Below are positions 1-9,993 of a stretch of 64,000 nucleotides of DNA, in pieces. The translations under genes and the position numbers were made by a program. This DNA is from an uncultured Bacillales bacterium (lineage in GTDB: Bacteria; Bacillota_I; Bacilli_A; RF39; UBA660). Numbering within the stretch: the stretch's first letter is position 1; each line of letters starts with the position of its first letter. The stretch is from positions 1,922-65,921 of the forward strand of contig CAMOQR010000002.1 in NCBI GenBank assembly GCA_946623125.1, given 5' to 3'. The notes under the pieces were generated by a model. The model was not told the DNA's origin and searched no databases. It saw nothing but the letters and a program-made list of their open reading frames with translations.

Positions 1-1
1 T

Positions 2-502
2 GTTTTTCTTTCTTATTATAAAGTAAAAGATATGACTTTAGAAGATGAAGATACTTTACTTCTTATTAAAGATTTATTATCATCTGGTTCTTCTAGATTA
101 TTAAATAAAAGATTGAGAGATGATAATGATTTAGTTTATTCTACTCATTCTTTTCATTATAATAATTATGGAGTATTGGGAATCTGTGCTCTTATTCAAA
201 AAGAGAAAATTAATGATGTTAAAAGGATTATTGAAGAGACGTTAGATGAATTAAAAAATGAAGAATTTATTTTTCCTTTACTTGAAAATATTAAAGAAAG
301 AAAAAGAGTATCTTTACTTCGTGGTCTTGATAATAAAGTTACATTATTTCAAGAGGCTGTTATGGTAGATATGGGAGTTGATATATCTTCTTATGATCAT
401 TATCAGCATATTTGTTCTATTACTCCAAAAGATATTCATTCCTTTTTAAATCGGTTAATTCCTGATACTTATTACTTTTTAGAGGAGGGAGATCATGAAT
501 AA
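2..502 (+). CDS. C-terminal part of an M16 (pitrilysin)-family peptidase-like protein, truncated by the window edge
   Basis: The frame is open from base 2 to the stop at 500-502. No stop lies upstream of the ATG at 32, so the gene probably starts left of the window. An 8-nt overlap with the next M16-like gene suggests a paired-subunit operon. The family call rests on context and weak resemblance only. Confidence 0.45.
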   Translation, partial: VFLSYYKVKDMTLEDEDTLLLIKDLLSSGSSRLLNKRLRDDNDLVYSTHSFHYNNYGVLGICALIQKEKINDVKRIIEETLDELKNEEFIFPLLENIKERKRVSLLRGLDNKVTLFQEAVMVDMGVDISSYDHYQHICSITPKDIHSFLNRLIPDTYYFLEEGDHE

Positions 503-1739
503 ACTATATACTTATACATTAGATAATGGTTTAAAGGTGTATCTTTATCCTGATAAGAGACGTCATTCTACCTTTTTCCAATTAAGTACTTTTTGTGGAG
601 GAATGACAAAGCATTTTTCTGTTGATGGAAAAAATTATTCTTTTCAAGATGGAATTGCTCATATCTTAGAGCACTATATTGTTGAATGTAATAATCGTGG
701 AAATTTTTTAGAGGAGCTTGGAAAAAAACAAATGGCAACTAATGCTTCTACTTCTATTTCAGTAACATCTTATTATTTTGAGGCAGTTGAGAATGTTAAT
801 TTTGGAATCAATACTTTATTAGAGGGGGTTTATAGTGTATATTTTGATTCAGAAAAGTTAGAAAAATTAAAGAATCCTATTTGTCAAGAAATTCGTGGGA
901 AGATGGATAGTAAATTTTATCATTTAAACCGAAAAAAAATTGAAAATTTATTTGTAAATATTGATTATCGTGATGTTGGTGGTTTGCTCGATGAAGTTAA
1001 TCAAACAACGATTGATGATTTAAAAGTATTATATGAGGCTTTTTATCAACCAAGTAATCAATTTATTGTTATGGCTGGTAATTTTGATAAAAAGGATGTT
1101 TTATCTGTTATTAAAGATTTTTTTAAAAAACATTTTATTCCTAAAAAAGAAGTTCATATGATTGATTGGAGGGAGCCTCTAACAATTTCTAAGAAGGAAG
1201 ATACTGTCATTTTCCCTACTCCTATGGAATATTTCGATATTTCTTTTAAAATCGATATTTCTTCTTATACAAAGGACCAATTAATGGATTTTGATTTTTA
1301 TATACAAGCATTTTTAAATCACTCTTTTGGAATTCAATCTGTTTTATATCAAAAACTTATCGATGATAAGATTATTATTGAACCAATCCATTTTAGTAGT
1401 ACAATTATGAATCATTTTTTAATTGTTGCGGTGGGAGACTATACAAATAATTCTTCTCAATTAAAAGAGAAGATATTAAAAGAGTTTCAAGAACAAGAAC
1501 ATATGAATCCTGATCTGTTTTTATTAGATAAGCAGAATTCCATCATTCGTTTTATTCTTCGAGATGAAAGTATCTTTAAAATGATTAATCCTTTTATTAC
1601 GAATTTGATTGATTTTCAATATCCTTATTTAGATACTTTAGAAGATATTGAAAGGCTTAATTTTGATGATTTTGTAGATTGTATTCATAAAGTTGATTTT
1701 TCCAATTATGTTTGTATGCATATAAAAAATAATGAATAA
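495..1739 (+). CDS. M16-family zinc peptidase (YmfH/AlbF-like)
   Basis: 414-aa ORF. The inverted zinc-binding motif HxxEH is present as GIAHILEHYIVE near the N-terminus, typical of M16 peptidases. Confidence 0.7.
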   Translation: MNKLYTYTLDNGLKVYLYPDKRRHSTFFQLSTFCGGMTKHFSVDGKNYSFQDGIAHILEHYIVECNNRGNFLEELGKKQMATNASTSISVTSYYFEAVENVNFGINTLLEGVYSVYFDSEKLEKLKNPICQEIRGKMDSKFYHLNRKKIENLFVNIDYRDVGGLLDEVNQTTIDDLKVLYEAFYQPSNQFIVMAGNFDKKDVLSVIKDFFKKHFIPKKEVHMIDWREPLTISKKEDTVIFPTPMEYFDISFKIDISSYTKDQLMDFDFYIQAFLNHSFGIQSVLYQKLIDDKIIIEPIHFSSTIMNHFLIVAVGDYTNNSSQLKEKILKEFQEQEHMNPDLFLLDKQNSIIRFILRDESIFKMINPFITNLIDFQYPYLDTLEDIERLNFDDFVDCIHKVDFSNYVCMHIKNNE

Positions 1740-1741
1740 AA

Positions 1742-1764
1742 AAATAAGTTTTTGAAACTTATTT
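1742..1764. terminator. Bidirectional rho-independent terminator between convergent genes
   Basis: Perfect 10-bp inverted repeat AAATAAGTTT / AAACTTATTT with a 3-nt loop, flanked by an A-run on the left and a T-run on the right. Confidence 0.55.
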
Positions 1765-1766
1765 TT

Positions 1767-2678
1767 TTATGTGGACATTGCCCAAATTTGTTTTCCTTCT
1801 TTTACTAGTGTATTTACATCCCATGTTTGACTTGATCTTGATTCACTGTTTGGATCGGCAACGATTAATTTTCCATCGTTTGTTAATCCTCTAACTACGA
1901 TGAAATGTCCCTTTGAGGTAAAATGTCCTGGTCCCATTGACATAATTAATGTTTTTCCTGATTTAAGGTTATCTACTATATTGGCCTGACTTACACCCAT
2001 TTGTTGACAGTTTACACCATATTGCTTTGAAATATCTCCAAAGTAATTCCATGTTGTTCCTTGACTACATGTATAAGTTCCATTTCCTTTCTTGGCTGTT
2101 TCTCTTGGACTTACTTCTTGTCCTGTTAAATATGTTAAAACCATTGCTAGAGATGTTGGGCCACAACCAGATGTTTTAATGGTTCCTCTAGAATATGGAT
2201 CACTATAATTATATTGATAATAATTTACAAATTTTCCTTTGGCTGCACCACTTACAGTACTACTACTAGATATTTTTTTAGCAGTTAGTTTTTTAGAAGA
2301 AATAGATGCTAACAAAGACTGGATTCGTTCCTGTAAATTATTTATCTCGTTAGCATATTTTTCTGCTTCATAATAAAATGATGGTGCTCTATTATTGTCT
2401 CTATACTGAATAGCCTTATTGTAATTATTTGCCGCTATTTCATAATTTTGTTTTGCCACTTTGTATCTTTCATATTCACTTAAAGCCGTTGCAAAAGCAT
2501 CCATTTGATTCTTGATTACACCAGTAAACTCTGTTGCAAAATCATTTGCTTTTGCATTCAAGTTTTCATAGGATTTTCCTTTCCATACGGAAGATAATTC
2601 ACCTATTGTTGCAGTATAACTCGAAATGGTTGATGATAATTCTTCAGCGTTTGCTGATACTGTTCCACTACTTACCAT
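1767..2678 (-). CDS. WXG/LXG-like N-terminal helical domain fused to a C39-like (papain-fold) cysteine peptidase domain; no Sec signal peptide
   Basis: The ATG at 2678 is preceded by GGTGGTGGA; the track start at 2690 is a GTG inside that RBS-like run. The N-terminal ~130 aa are helical with W-x-G (SSVWKGKSY). The C-terminal ~150 aa carry GCGPTSLAM (Cys), GHFIVV (His) and ADPNS (Asp). Confidence 0.6.
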   Translation of the reverse strand: MVSSGTVSANAEELSSTISSYTATIGELSSVWKGKSYENLNAKANDFATEFTGVIKNQMDAFATALSEYERYKVAKQNYEIAANNYNKAIQYRDNNRAPSFYYEAEKYANEINNLQERIQSLLASISSKKLTAKKISSSSTVSGAAKGKFVNYYQYNYSDPYSRGTIKTSGCGPTSLAMVLTYLTGQEVSPRETAKKGNGTYTCSQGTTWNYFGDISKQYGVNCQQMGVSQANIVDNLKSGKTLIMSMGPGHFTSKGHFIVVRGLTNDGKLIVADPNSESRSSQTWDVNTLVKEGKQIWAMST

Positions 2679-2804
2679 ACATTCCACCACCTTATTATCA
2701 TTATAACATTATCTTTGTTAAAGAAGAAACCTTTTTCTTTTTGTTTTTGCTTTTTTAGTTTCCTAATGTAAATTTTTATTATATAATTATTGTAAGGTGA
2801 TAAT

Positions 2805-3323
2805 ATGAATAATGATCAATTGATGGATTTTGTTAGTGATTTAAATGAGAAGAATATTTTATCTTCTGTTTCTGTTCCTATTTTAGATGGTTTTCAATTA
2901 ATTCCTAATGAAGGTACTTTATTTACTGCTGTGTCTGATGAAAATTTTATTCAACAATTTTTATATGATGGAATTTTAGAAGATGGAGAAGATTTTGAAT
3001 CAAGATTAGATAAAGTCGTAGAAGATACGAAAGTATTTATGAGAGAGTCCGGTTTAAGTGATGTTGAACATAATTTTCATTTCTTTAAAAAATATAAAAA
3101 TTCTGATTTTCGATTTAAAATATATATTCAGGACAATATTTTAAATGAAAAAATTATGAGACAGTTTAATATTTATTTTGTTGATGATGATACGAGAGAG
3201 TTTTTTGAAGTAACCTTCTGTTGTTGCCCATACTCTATCGATGAGGAAGATTATGTAAGAGAAGATTTAACGATGAGTATGATATCAACAATCAATAATC
3301 TTATGGATAATATAAAAAAATAA
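2805..3323 (+). CDS. Hypothetical acidic cytoplasmic protein
   Basis: 172-aa ORF with an AAGGTGA RBS 4-5 nt upstream of the ATG. No TM segment, signal peptide or recognisable motif. Confidence 0.5.
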   Translation: MNNDQLMDFVSDLNEKNILSSVSVPILDGFQLIPNEGTLFTAVSDENFIQQFLYDGILEDGEDFESRLDKVVEDTKVFMRESGLSDVEHNFHFFKKYKNSDFRFKIYIQDNILNEKIMRQFNIYFVDDDTREFFEVTFCCCPYSIDEEDYVREDLTMSMISTINNLMDNIKK

Positions 3324-3338
3324 GGCTTCTATGAAGTC

Positions 3339-4847
3339 TTATTTTTTTATTAAGGAATCTCCATTTATTTCTACTGGTATTGGTATTTCCATTAAATTTA
3401 ATATTGTTGGAGCAATATCAGCAAGTTTTCCGTGTTCTTTTAATTGAACGTCCTTTTTTGTTAGATAGAATGGTACAGGATTGGTTGTATGAGTGGTACA
3501 AATTGTTCCATCTTCATTTACCATAACATCGCAGTTTCCATGATCTGCCGTAATAATCATCGTTCCCCCAATTTCTTCTACTTTGTCATATACTCTTTTA
3601 ATACATTTATCCATAAATTCTACAGCCTTTACAGCAGCATCATATACTCCTGTATGTCCTACCATATCTCCATTAGCATAGTTTATAACCACAAAATCCA
3701 AATAATCTTTTTCTAATTCTTCTAATAGATGATTGGTAACTTCCTCGGCACTCATTTCTGGTTTTAAATCATAAGTAGCAACTTTTGGAGAAGGAATTAA
3801 GATTTGTTTTGCATGTGGTAACTCTAGGTCTTTATCTCCATCAAAGAAATGTGTAACATGAGCATATTTTTCTGTTTCAGCAATACGTAATTGTGACATA
3901 CCTAAATTAGATAAGTATTCTCCTAAACCATTTGTTATTTCTTGATGTTCAAAAGCGTGCATACCTTTTACTGTATCATTTATTGGCATCATAGATACAA
4001 ATTTAATATTATTGAATTTTTTTGTCTCCATTGGAGATTCATCTGGATTTGTAATTGCGGTAAACATCTCTCTTAAACGATCTGGACGATAGTTCCATAC
4101 AATAATTCCATCATTATCAGATAATTTTCCATCAGCTATTACACTTGGAAGAATAAATTCATCTGTGATATCTTTCTTATATTGATCATCAAAGACTTCT
4201 TTTACGGTATCATAGTGTTCTCCTATTCCATAGCAAATTGCATCATAGGCAAGTTTTAAGCGATCATAGTTGTTATCTCTATCCATTGCGTAATATCTAC
4301 CAGAAATCGTTGTAATTTTCCCCATTTTTGTCTCATCGATTTTGTCTTCTAGTTTTTTAATCCATTGTTGGGCTGTACGTACTCCAGTATCCCTTCCATC
4401 CGTAAATAAATGGAAATAGATTTCTTTAATTCCATTCTGTTTACACATATCAATAATGGCTAATAAATGAGATGTATGAGAGTGGATTCCACCATCACTA
4501 ATTAATCCCATTACATGTAATTTAGAATTATTTTCTTTGGTATGATTTATTACCTTTAAAATATTTTCATTTTGAAAGAATTCTCCTGTTTCAATGGATT
4601 TATTAATCATTTCTAAAGATTGATAGACAATTCTTCCTGCTCCTATGTTCATATGTCCTACTTCACTTGTCCCCATTTGTCCTTTAGGAAGACCTACTGG
4701 TTGTCCGGATGCTTCTAGTATGGTGTGGGGATAGTTTTCTCTTATATAATCTAGCGTTGGAGTATTGGCATTGTCAAAGGCATTATATGGTCCTTTTGGT
4801 GCAATACCACATCCATCTAAAATACATAATACAAATGTCTTTTTCAT
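3339..4847 (-). CDS. gpmI: 2,3-bisphosphoglycerate-independent phosphoglycerate mutase
   Basis: 502 aa. It has the N-terminal ILDGCG, MGTSEVGHMNIGAGR and C-terminal ITADHGN motifs characteristic of iPGM. Confidence 0.9.
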   Translation of the reverse strand: MKKTFVLCILDGCGIAPKGPYNAFDNANTPTLDYIRENYPHTILEASGQPVGLPKGQMGTSEVGHMNIGAGRIVYQSLEMINKSIETGEFFQNENILKVINHTKENNSKLHVMGLISDGGIHSHTSHLLAIIDMCKQNGIKEIYFHLFTDGRDTGVRTAQQWIKKLEDKIDETKMGKITTISGRYYAMDRDNNYDRLKLAYDAICYGIGEHYDTVKEVFDDQYKKDITDEFILPSVIADGKLSDNDGIIVWNYRPDRLREMFTAITNPDESPMETKKFNNIKFVSMMPINDTVKGMHAFEHQEITNGLGEYLSNLGMSQLRIAETEKYAHVTHFFDGDKDLELPHAKQILIPSPKVATYDLKPEMSAEEVTNHLLEELEKDYLDFVVINYANGDMVGHTGVYDAAVKAVEFMDKCIKRVYDKVEEIGGTMIITADHGNCDVMVNEDGTICTTHTTNPVPFYLTKKDVQLKEHGKLADIAPTILNLMEIPIPVEINGDSLIKK

Positions 4848-4905
4848 ACTTTCACCTTTCTTTCATTATAATTATAACATGTTTTATTCTTCTTAAAAAG
4901 AATGC

Positions 4906-5607
4906 TTAACAAGCATTCTTTTGACATACGTTTGCTTCTTTTCCTAAGCATTCCCATAAACATTTAAAACTATTATAACTTGATGATTTCATTTCTTCTG
5001 TTAATTTAGAATATGGGTCTTCTAATCCTTCTGCAATTCCTTCTACCATTTGTTCTGCTTCTCCATTTACTACAGCAACTACATTAGGAGCATAGATTCT
5101 TTTTTCACCTGTTGGGACTTCTTCTCCTGAGTCCATTGTTAGTATATAATCTGATAGGACATCTGCCATGGTTTTAATTAATGTTTTATAAGATTCTGTT
5201 CCACTTTCTTTTTCTACTGGTTTATTATCTTTATCTAGTTCATATAAATCTCTTATATCATATACATCTACATAATAGATTTTATCAATATTATTATCTT
5301 TTGCGCTCTTTATAAATTGTTCTAACATAGAACGACACCATGGACATTTTGCAAATCCAAAATATACGACAAAGGTTTCTTTTTTATCCATTTTTTCTAC
5401 TATTTCATCTGCTGTTGCATAAATAAATGGATTGTCTTCTGGAATAGATAAGGTTCTGATCGTTTTACCAGATGATGATTTTGTTCCATTTAAAGATTCA
5501 TATTCTTCTTTAAACTTTATGGCATCTGTTTTTTCTTTGCTTTTCTCGCATCCTGTTAATGATATCATTGTAATAATCATTAATAATAGTATTCCTAATT
5601 TTTTCAT
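4906..5607 (-). CDS. Thioredoxin-fold lipoprotein (CPWC active site)
   Basis: ATG at 5607 with an AGGTGA RBS; the track start at 5616 is a GTG. The signal peptide ends in the lipobox LTGC. CxxC motif FAKCPWCRSM. Confidence 0.7.
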   Translation of the reverse strand: MKKLGILLLMIITMISLTGCEKSKEKTDAIKFKEEYESLNGTKSSSGKTIRTLSIPEDNPFIYATADEIVEKMDKKETFVVYFGFAKCPWCRSMLEQFIKSAKDNNIDKIYYVDVYDIRDLYELDKDNKPVEKESGTESYKTLIKTMADVLSDYILTMDSGEEVPTGEKRIYAPNVVAVVNGEAEQMVEGIAEGLEDPYSKLTEEMKSSSYNSFKCLWECLGKEANVCQKNAC

Positions 5608-5659
5608 TTTAATCACCTATTTAACATTATACATTCTATTTCGATATTTTTCTACAAAA

Positions 5660-5686
5660 AATAACTCAACTTTAGGTTGAGTTATT
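5660..5686 (-). terminator. Rho-independent terminator after the HTH membrane regulator gene
   Basis: 11-bp inverted repeat AATAACTCAAC / GTTGAGTTATT with a 5-nt loop. It overlaps the stop codon and is followed on the minus strand by TTTTG. Confidence 0.55.
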
Positions 5687-6389
5687 AACAATTATTTTCT
5701 AATTTTAATGGAATTATATAATTTATATTTTTATTATCTTTTGTTTTCGCATCTATTTCTAAAAATAATGTATTTGATGTAATCTTTTTACATATTGTAG
5801 AATAATTATCTACTTTAATATTCATTTCTTTTAAATAATCTTTTAATGTTATATTGTCTTTTTTCTTACAGGAACTAATTTCTTTTTTAATTTTTTCTTC
5901 ATTTTTTTCATATAAAGTACAATTAATTTCTTGATATTTTTCATTACTTTCTTTTCCACAAAACTCTATATTTGAAATGAAAATAGATGTTTTTTCTTTA
6001 TTATAGGCGGCACTTCCTGTAATTTTAAAATCACTACATTTAGATGAAATTGTTTTAAATTCAAATCCATTCTTTGGAAGATTCCATAATACTATGATTA
6101 CCAGAAAAAAACTGATTATTAATATGATCCCTATTAAGGTTATTGCTTTTGCATTCTTTTTCTTTGGTGTTTTTGTTTTTTCTCCATTTAATAGTTCGTC
6201 TATATTGACATGGAATTCTTCACTTATTTGTTTTAGAATTCCTATATCTGGAACATTTTTTCCGTTTTCCCATTTTGATACTGCCTGGTATGTAACTCCT
6301 AATAAGTCTGCGAATTCTTTTTGTGTCAGGTTATTATCAAGACGTATTTGTTTAATAAATAAGCCAATTTTATCTTGATTCATATACAT
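5685..6389 (-). CDS. Membrane-anchored XRE-family HTH regulator with an extracellular C-terminal domain
   Basis: N-terminal HTH (LTQKEFADLLGVTYQAVSKWENG), a single TM helix (ITLIGIILIISFFLVIIVLW), then a ~125-aa Cys-containing outside domain. Confidence 0.7.
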   Translation of the reverse strand: MYMNQDKIGLFIKQIRLDNNLTQKEFADLLGVTYQAVSKWENGKNVPDIGILKQISEEFHVNIDELLNGEKTKTPKKKNAKAITLIGIILIISFFLVIIVLWNLPKNGFEFKTISSKCSDFKITGSAAYNKEKTSIFISNIEFCGKESNEKYQEINCTLYEKNEEKIKKEISSCKKKDNITLKDYLKEMNIKVDNYSTICKKITSNTLFLEIDAKTKDNKNINYIIPLKLENNC

Positions 6390-6395
6390 ACTCCT

Positions 6396-7499
6396 TTACA
6401 AATACCAAAGCTTTTTTCCGTCTTTTTGTACTTCTTTGATAATTCCTCCACCTAAGCATTCTTCTCCATTATAGAATACGCAAGCCTGTCCTGGCGTAAC
6501 TGCTTTTACTCCTTGTGGATATTTTACTAGTACTTCCGTATCTGATAACCATTCTAGTTCTACCTCAATATCTTTTTGGCGATATCGGAATTTTGCAGTA
6601 CATTTTTTTAACTTTTCTTCTCCTAAATAGTTAACTTGATCAACAATTGCTGATGTAGTAATTAAATAATCATTGTCTTCACCTAAACAGATGTATAACA
6701 CATTTTTTTCTAGGTCTTTTCCAACAACGAACATTTTATCTTCCGTACCACCAATATTTAGTCCTTTTCTTTGACCTATTGTATAATTCATTAAACCAAT
6801 ATGTCTTCCTATTACTTCATTTGTATCAATATTGATTACATCTCCTGGTTGATTTGGAAGATAATTTTTTAAAAAGTTTTTAAAGTTTCTTTCTCCAATA
6901 AAACAAATACCTGTTGAATCTTTTTTCTTTGCTGTAATTAGATTATATTCTTCAGCAATTTTTCTTACTTCTGGTTTTATCATATCTCCAATTGGAAATA
7001 AAACATTTTTGAATTGTTCTTTTGATACTTGTGATAAAAAGTAAGTTTGATCCTTATTATCATCTTTTCCTCTTAATAATTTGCCATCTTCTAGTCTGGC
7101 ATAATGGCCTGTTGCGATATAGTCTGCGCCTAGTTTTCTTGCTTCTTCTGCAAACATATCAAACTTGATGTATTTATTACACATGATATCTGGATTTGGA
7201 GTACGTCCATTTTTTAATTCATCTAAAAAATAAGTAAATACATAATTCCAATATTCCTTTACAAAATCTTTTCTATATAATTTAATACCAAGTTTATCAC
7301 ATACAGCCTTTGCATCATTATAATCCTCTTCTTGTGGACAAATTCCAGATTTTGTTGTTGGACCATTTAGTTCTCCATCTGCAAGTGAGTCCCAATTTCT
7401 CATAAATAATCCTATTACTTCATATCCTTGCTTTTGTAATATGATGGCTGCAACAGATGAGTCTACTCCCCCACTCATTCCAATTACTACTTTTTTCAT
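6396..7499 (-). CDS. mnmA: tRNA-specific 2-thiouridylase
   Basis: ATG at 7499 with an AAGGAGGTGG RBS; the track start at 7520 lies upstream of it. It has the PP-loop GMSGGVDSS and MnmA-like length and layout. Confidence 0.9.
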   Translation of the reverse strand: MKKVVIGMSGGVDSSVAAIILQKQGYEVIGLFMRNWDSLADGELNGPTTKSGICPQEEDYNDAKAVCDKLGIKLYRKDFVKEYWNYVFTYFLDELKNGRTPNPDIMCNKYIKFDMFAEEARKLGADYIATGHYARLEDGKLLRGKDDNKDQTYFLSQVSKEQFKNVLFPIGDMIKPEVRKIAEEYNLITAKKKDSTGICFIGERNFKNFLKNYLPNQPGDVINIDTNEVIGRHIGLMNYTIGQRKGLNIGGTEDKMFVVGKDLEKNVLYICLGEDNDYLITTSAIVDQVNYLGEEKLKKCTAKFRYRQKDIEVELEWLSDTEVLVKYPQGVKAVTPGQACVFYNGEECLGGGIIKEVQKDGKKLWYL

Positions 7500-7554
7500 T
7501 GTACTCCACCTCCTTTTCATACTTGGATATTATATCATATTTTTTTCATAATTA

Positions 7555-9738
7555 CTATTTTTTTAATCTTAATGCATTTATTGTTACTGTAAGGCTACTT
7601 AGGATCATAGCCATACATGCTATCATTGGATTTATTTTTATAAATGGTATGATTCCAGTTGCGACAGGAATCATACATATATTATAGATAAATGCCCAAA
7701 ATAAATTTTGTTTTATATTCTTTATTGTTTTATTACTAATATCAAATATATCTTCTATTTTTAATAAATTATTATTCATTAAAACAATATTTGCTGAGTT
7801 TGTTGCAATGTCTGTTCCCCCACTGATAGATACTCCTATATTTGCTGTTGAAAGGGATGGTGCATCATTGATACCATCTCCAACCATCATTACTTTTTTT
7901 CCTTCTTGTATTTTTTGTTTTATAAATTTTGTTTTTTTGTCTGGCGTCATTTCCCCTAGTGCATTCTCGATTCCTAACTGGTTTGCTATTTTTTCTGTTG
8001 TTATCTTATTATCACCTGATAACATTATAATTTCTATATTCTTATTTTTTAATTTTTGAATTAATTTTTTAGAACATGGTCTGACTGAATCTTTTAGTCC
8101 TACTGTTGCAATTACTTTCTTGTTTTTTACCATATATATGACACTATTTCCTTCTTGTGTCATTTTCTTTTCTTCTTCTTCATAAGAATTAATAATATCT
8201 AGTTTTTTTAATAAAGAAGAATTACAGGTGTAATAGATTGTTTGGTTATCTTTGGCTTTTATTCCATATCCTGGTAAATTTTCTATTTCCAATTCTTTAT
8301 TTGGCTTAATATTGTTTTCTTTTGCAACCTTTTGAATTCCTACTGCAATAGGATGAGTACTTTGTTGTTCTATTGATACTAAAATATTTAATAATTCTTC
8401 TTTTTCCATATCACAATGGTTATTAATAACAGATAAACTTGGGCAGCCATTTGTAAGTGTCCCTGTTTTATCAAAAATAATGGTATCTATTTTATTTGCT
8501 TCTTCTAATATTTCTCCATCTTTAATTAATATTCCTTTTTTTGCCGAATTTCCTATACTTACCACTAATGCTAATGGAGTAGCAAGTCCTAGACTACAAG
8601 GGCAAGCCACTACTAATACTGTTACCATTCTTGTAATGGCTTCTGTTATAGAATTTCCAAAAATGATATTTCCTAGTAATGTAATGAAGGCAATTCCTAT
8701 TACGCATGGTACAAAATATGAGCATACTTTATCTGCTATTCTTGAGATAGATGCTTTTGTATTGGTTGCTTCTACTACTAGTCTTACAATTTCTGAAATG
8801 GTTGAATCTTTTCCAATTCTTTCGGCTTCATATTCTATTACACTATCATAATTAATACTTCCAGCAATAACTTTATCCCCTATTGTTTTTCTGTTAGGAA
8901 TACTTTCTCCTGTAATAAATGACTCATCAAATGAAGATTTTCCTTTGGTAATAGTACCATCTACAGATACTTTTTCTCCCGGTAATGTGATTAAGATATC
9001 TCCTACTTTTACCTCATCTAATGTTATATTAACATAGGATTCTTTCTTTTTTAAATGAGCATTGTTTGGGGTAATGGTGACTAATTCTTTTATTGCATCT
9101 TTTGTTTTATTTTTACTTTTTTCTGTTATGAATCTTCCTAATTTCATAAAATAAATCATAAAAGATGTTGATTCTAAATATAGAAGATGTACATATTCTA
9201 CATTTCCTTGTATAATTCTTATTACTCCATAGGTGCTATATAAAAAACTTGTAATAAATCCTATTGTGATTAAAGTATCCATATTAGGCATTTTATGAAT
9301 AATATTTTTAATACCACTTTTAATAATATTTTTACCAAATATAATATAAGGGATTGTTAAAAGCCATAAAACGATTGCATAACATATCGGATTATGCTTA
9401 CTATCTAAAAATCTAGGAATTGGTATTTTTATCATATGTTGCATGGTTAATGCCATAATAAATATTTCTAATACTCCGAGTATTATGTATGGAGTTATTG
9501 AGTCTTTTTCTTCTTTTTTTATTTTTTCTTCTTCTCCCAAAGATTTAAATCCTGCTTCTTCTACAAATTTTTCTAGATCATGTATTGTTAATTTATCATC
9601 ATATGTAATGCTTGCTGTTGCCATTACTAAATTCACAGAAGCACTTTTAATTCCTGCTTGTTTTTGTAAATACTTCTCCAATCCATTGGAACAAGCACTG
9701 CAACTCATTCCTTCAATTTTTAGAATTGCTTTTTTCAT
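7555..9738 (-). CDS. copA: Copper-translocating P1B-type ATPase
   Basis: N-terminal HMA motif GMSCSACS, membrane CPC motif (VVACPCSLGLATP), DKTGTLT phosphorylation site and GDGINDAP hinge. Confidence 0.9.
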   Translation of the reverse strand: MKKAILKIEGMSCSACSNGLEKYLQKQAGIKSASVNLVMATASITYDDKLTIHDLEKFVEEAGFKSLGEEEKIKKEEKDSITPYIILGVLEIFIMALTMQHMIKIPIPRFLDSKHNPICYAIVLWLLTIPYIIFGKNIIKSGIKNIIHKMPNMDTLITIGFITSFLYSTYGVIRIIQGNVEYVHLLYLESTSFMIYFMKLGRFITEKSKNKTKDAIKELVTITPNNAHLKKKESYVNITLDEVKVGDILITLPGEKVSVDGTITKGKSSFDESFITGESIPNRKTIGDKVIAGSINYDSVIEYEAERIGKDSTISEIVRLVVEATNTKASISRIADKVCSYFVPCVIGIAFITLLGNIIFGNSITEAITRMVTVLVVACPCSLGLATPLALVVSIGNSAKKGILIKDGEILEEANKIDTIIFDKTGTLTNGCPSLSVINNHCDMEKEELLNILVSIEQQSTHPIAVGIQKVAKENNIKPNKELEIENLPGYGIKAKDNQTIYYTCNSSLLKKLDIINSYEEEEKKMTQEGNSVIYMVKNKKVIATVGLKDSVRPCSKKLIQKLKNKNIEIIMLSGDNKITTEKIANQLGIENALGEMTPDKKTKFIKQKIQEGKKVMMVGDGINDAPSLSTANIGVSISGGTDIATNSANIVLMNNNLLKIEDIFDISNKTIKNIKQNLFWAFIYNICMIPVATGIIPFIKINPMIACMAMILSSLTVTINALRLKK

Positions 9739-9739
9739 A

Positions 9740-9946
9740 TTACTCTCCTAGAGACTTAAAACCTATTTCTTCTATATAGTTTTCTATTTCTTCTTTTTTT
9801 ATTTTATCAAATTCGATTACTGCTTTTTTTTCTTCAAAAGATACTTCTACAGATTTTATATTTTCTTTTTTCTTTAGTGCGTTTTCTAGTCTTTTTGCAC
9901 AACCATCGCAATGCATTCCATCAATTTTTAATTCTATTTTTTCCAT
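9740..9946 (-). CDS. copZ: Copper chaperone (HMA domain)
   Basis: ATG at 9946 preceded by AAGGTGA. It has the GMHCDGC metal-binding motif and abuts the copA start. Confidence 0.85.
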   Translation of the reverse strand: MEKIELKIDGMHCDGCAKRLENALKKKENIKSVEVSFEEKKAVIEFDKIKKEEIENYIEEIGFKSLGE

Positions 9947-9993
9947 CTCATTCACCTTTTCTTTATTATATAACAATTCCTTTTTATAATAAA

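Noticed and set aside
2805-3323. The 172-aa acidic protein could be the immunity partner of the WXG-C39 protein.
   Set aside because: It is divergently transcribed, cytoplasmic-looking, and not in the downstream position typical for LXG toxin immunity genes. A peptidoglycan-targeting enzyme would need an extracytoplasmic inhibitor. Sequence gives no support for the idea.
7808-9751. Plus-strand ORFs (7808-8059, 8480-8851, 9443-9751) antisense to copA.
   Set aside because: They lie inside a well-supported P-type ATPase gene, and no motifs or RBS are present. These are typical shadow ORFs in AT-rich DNA.
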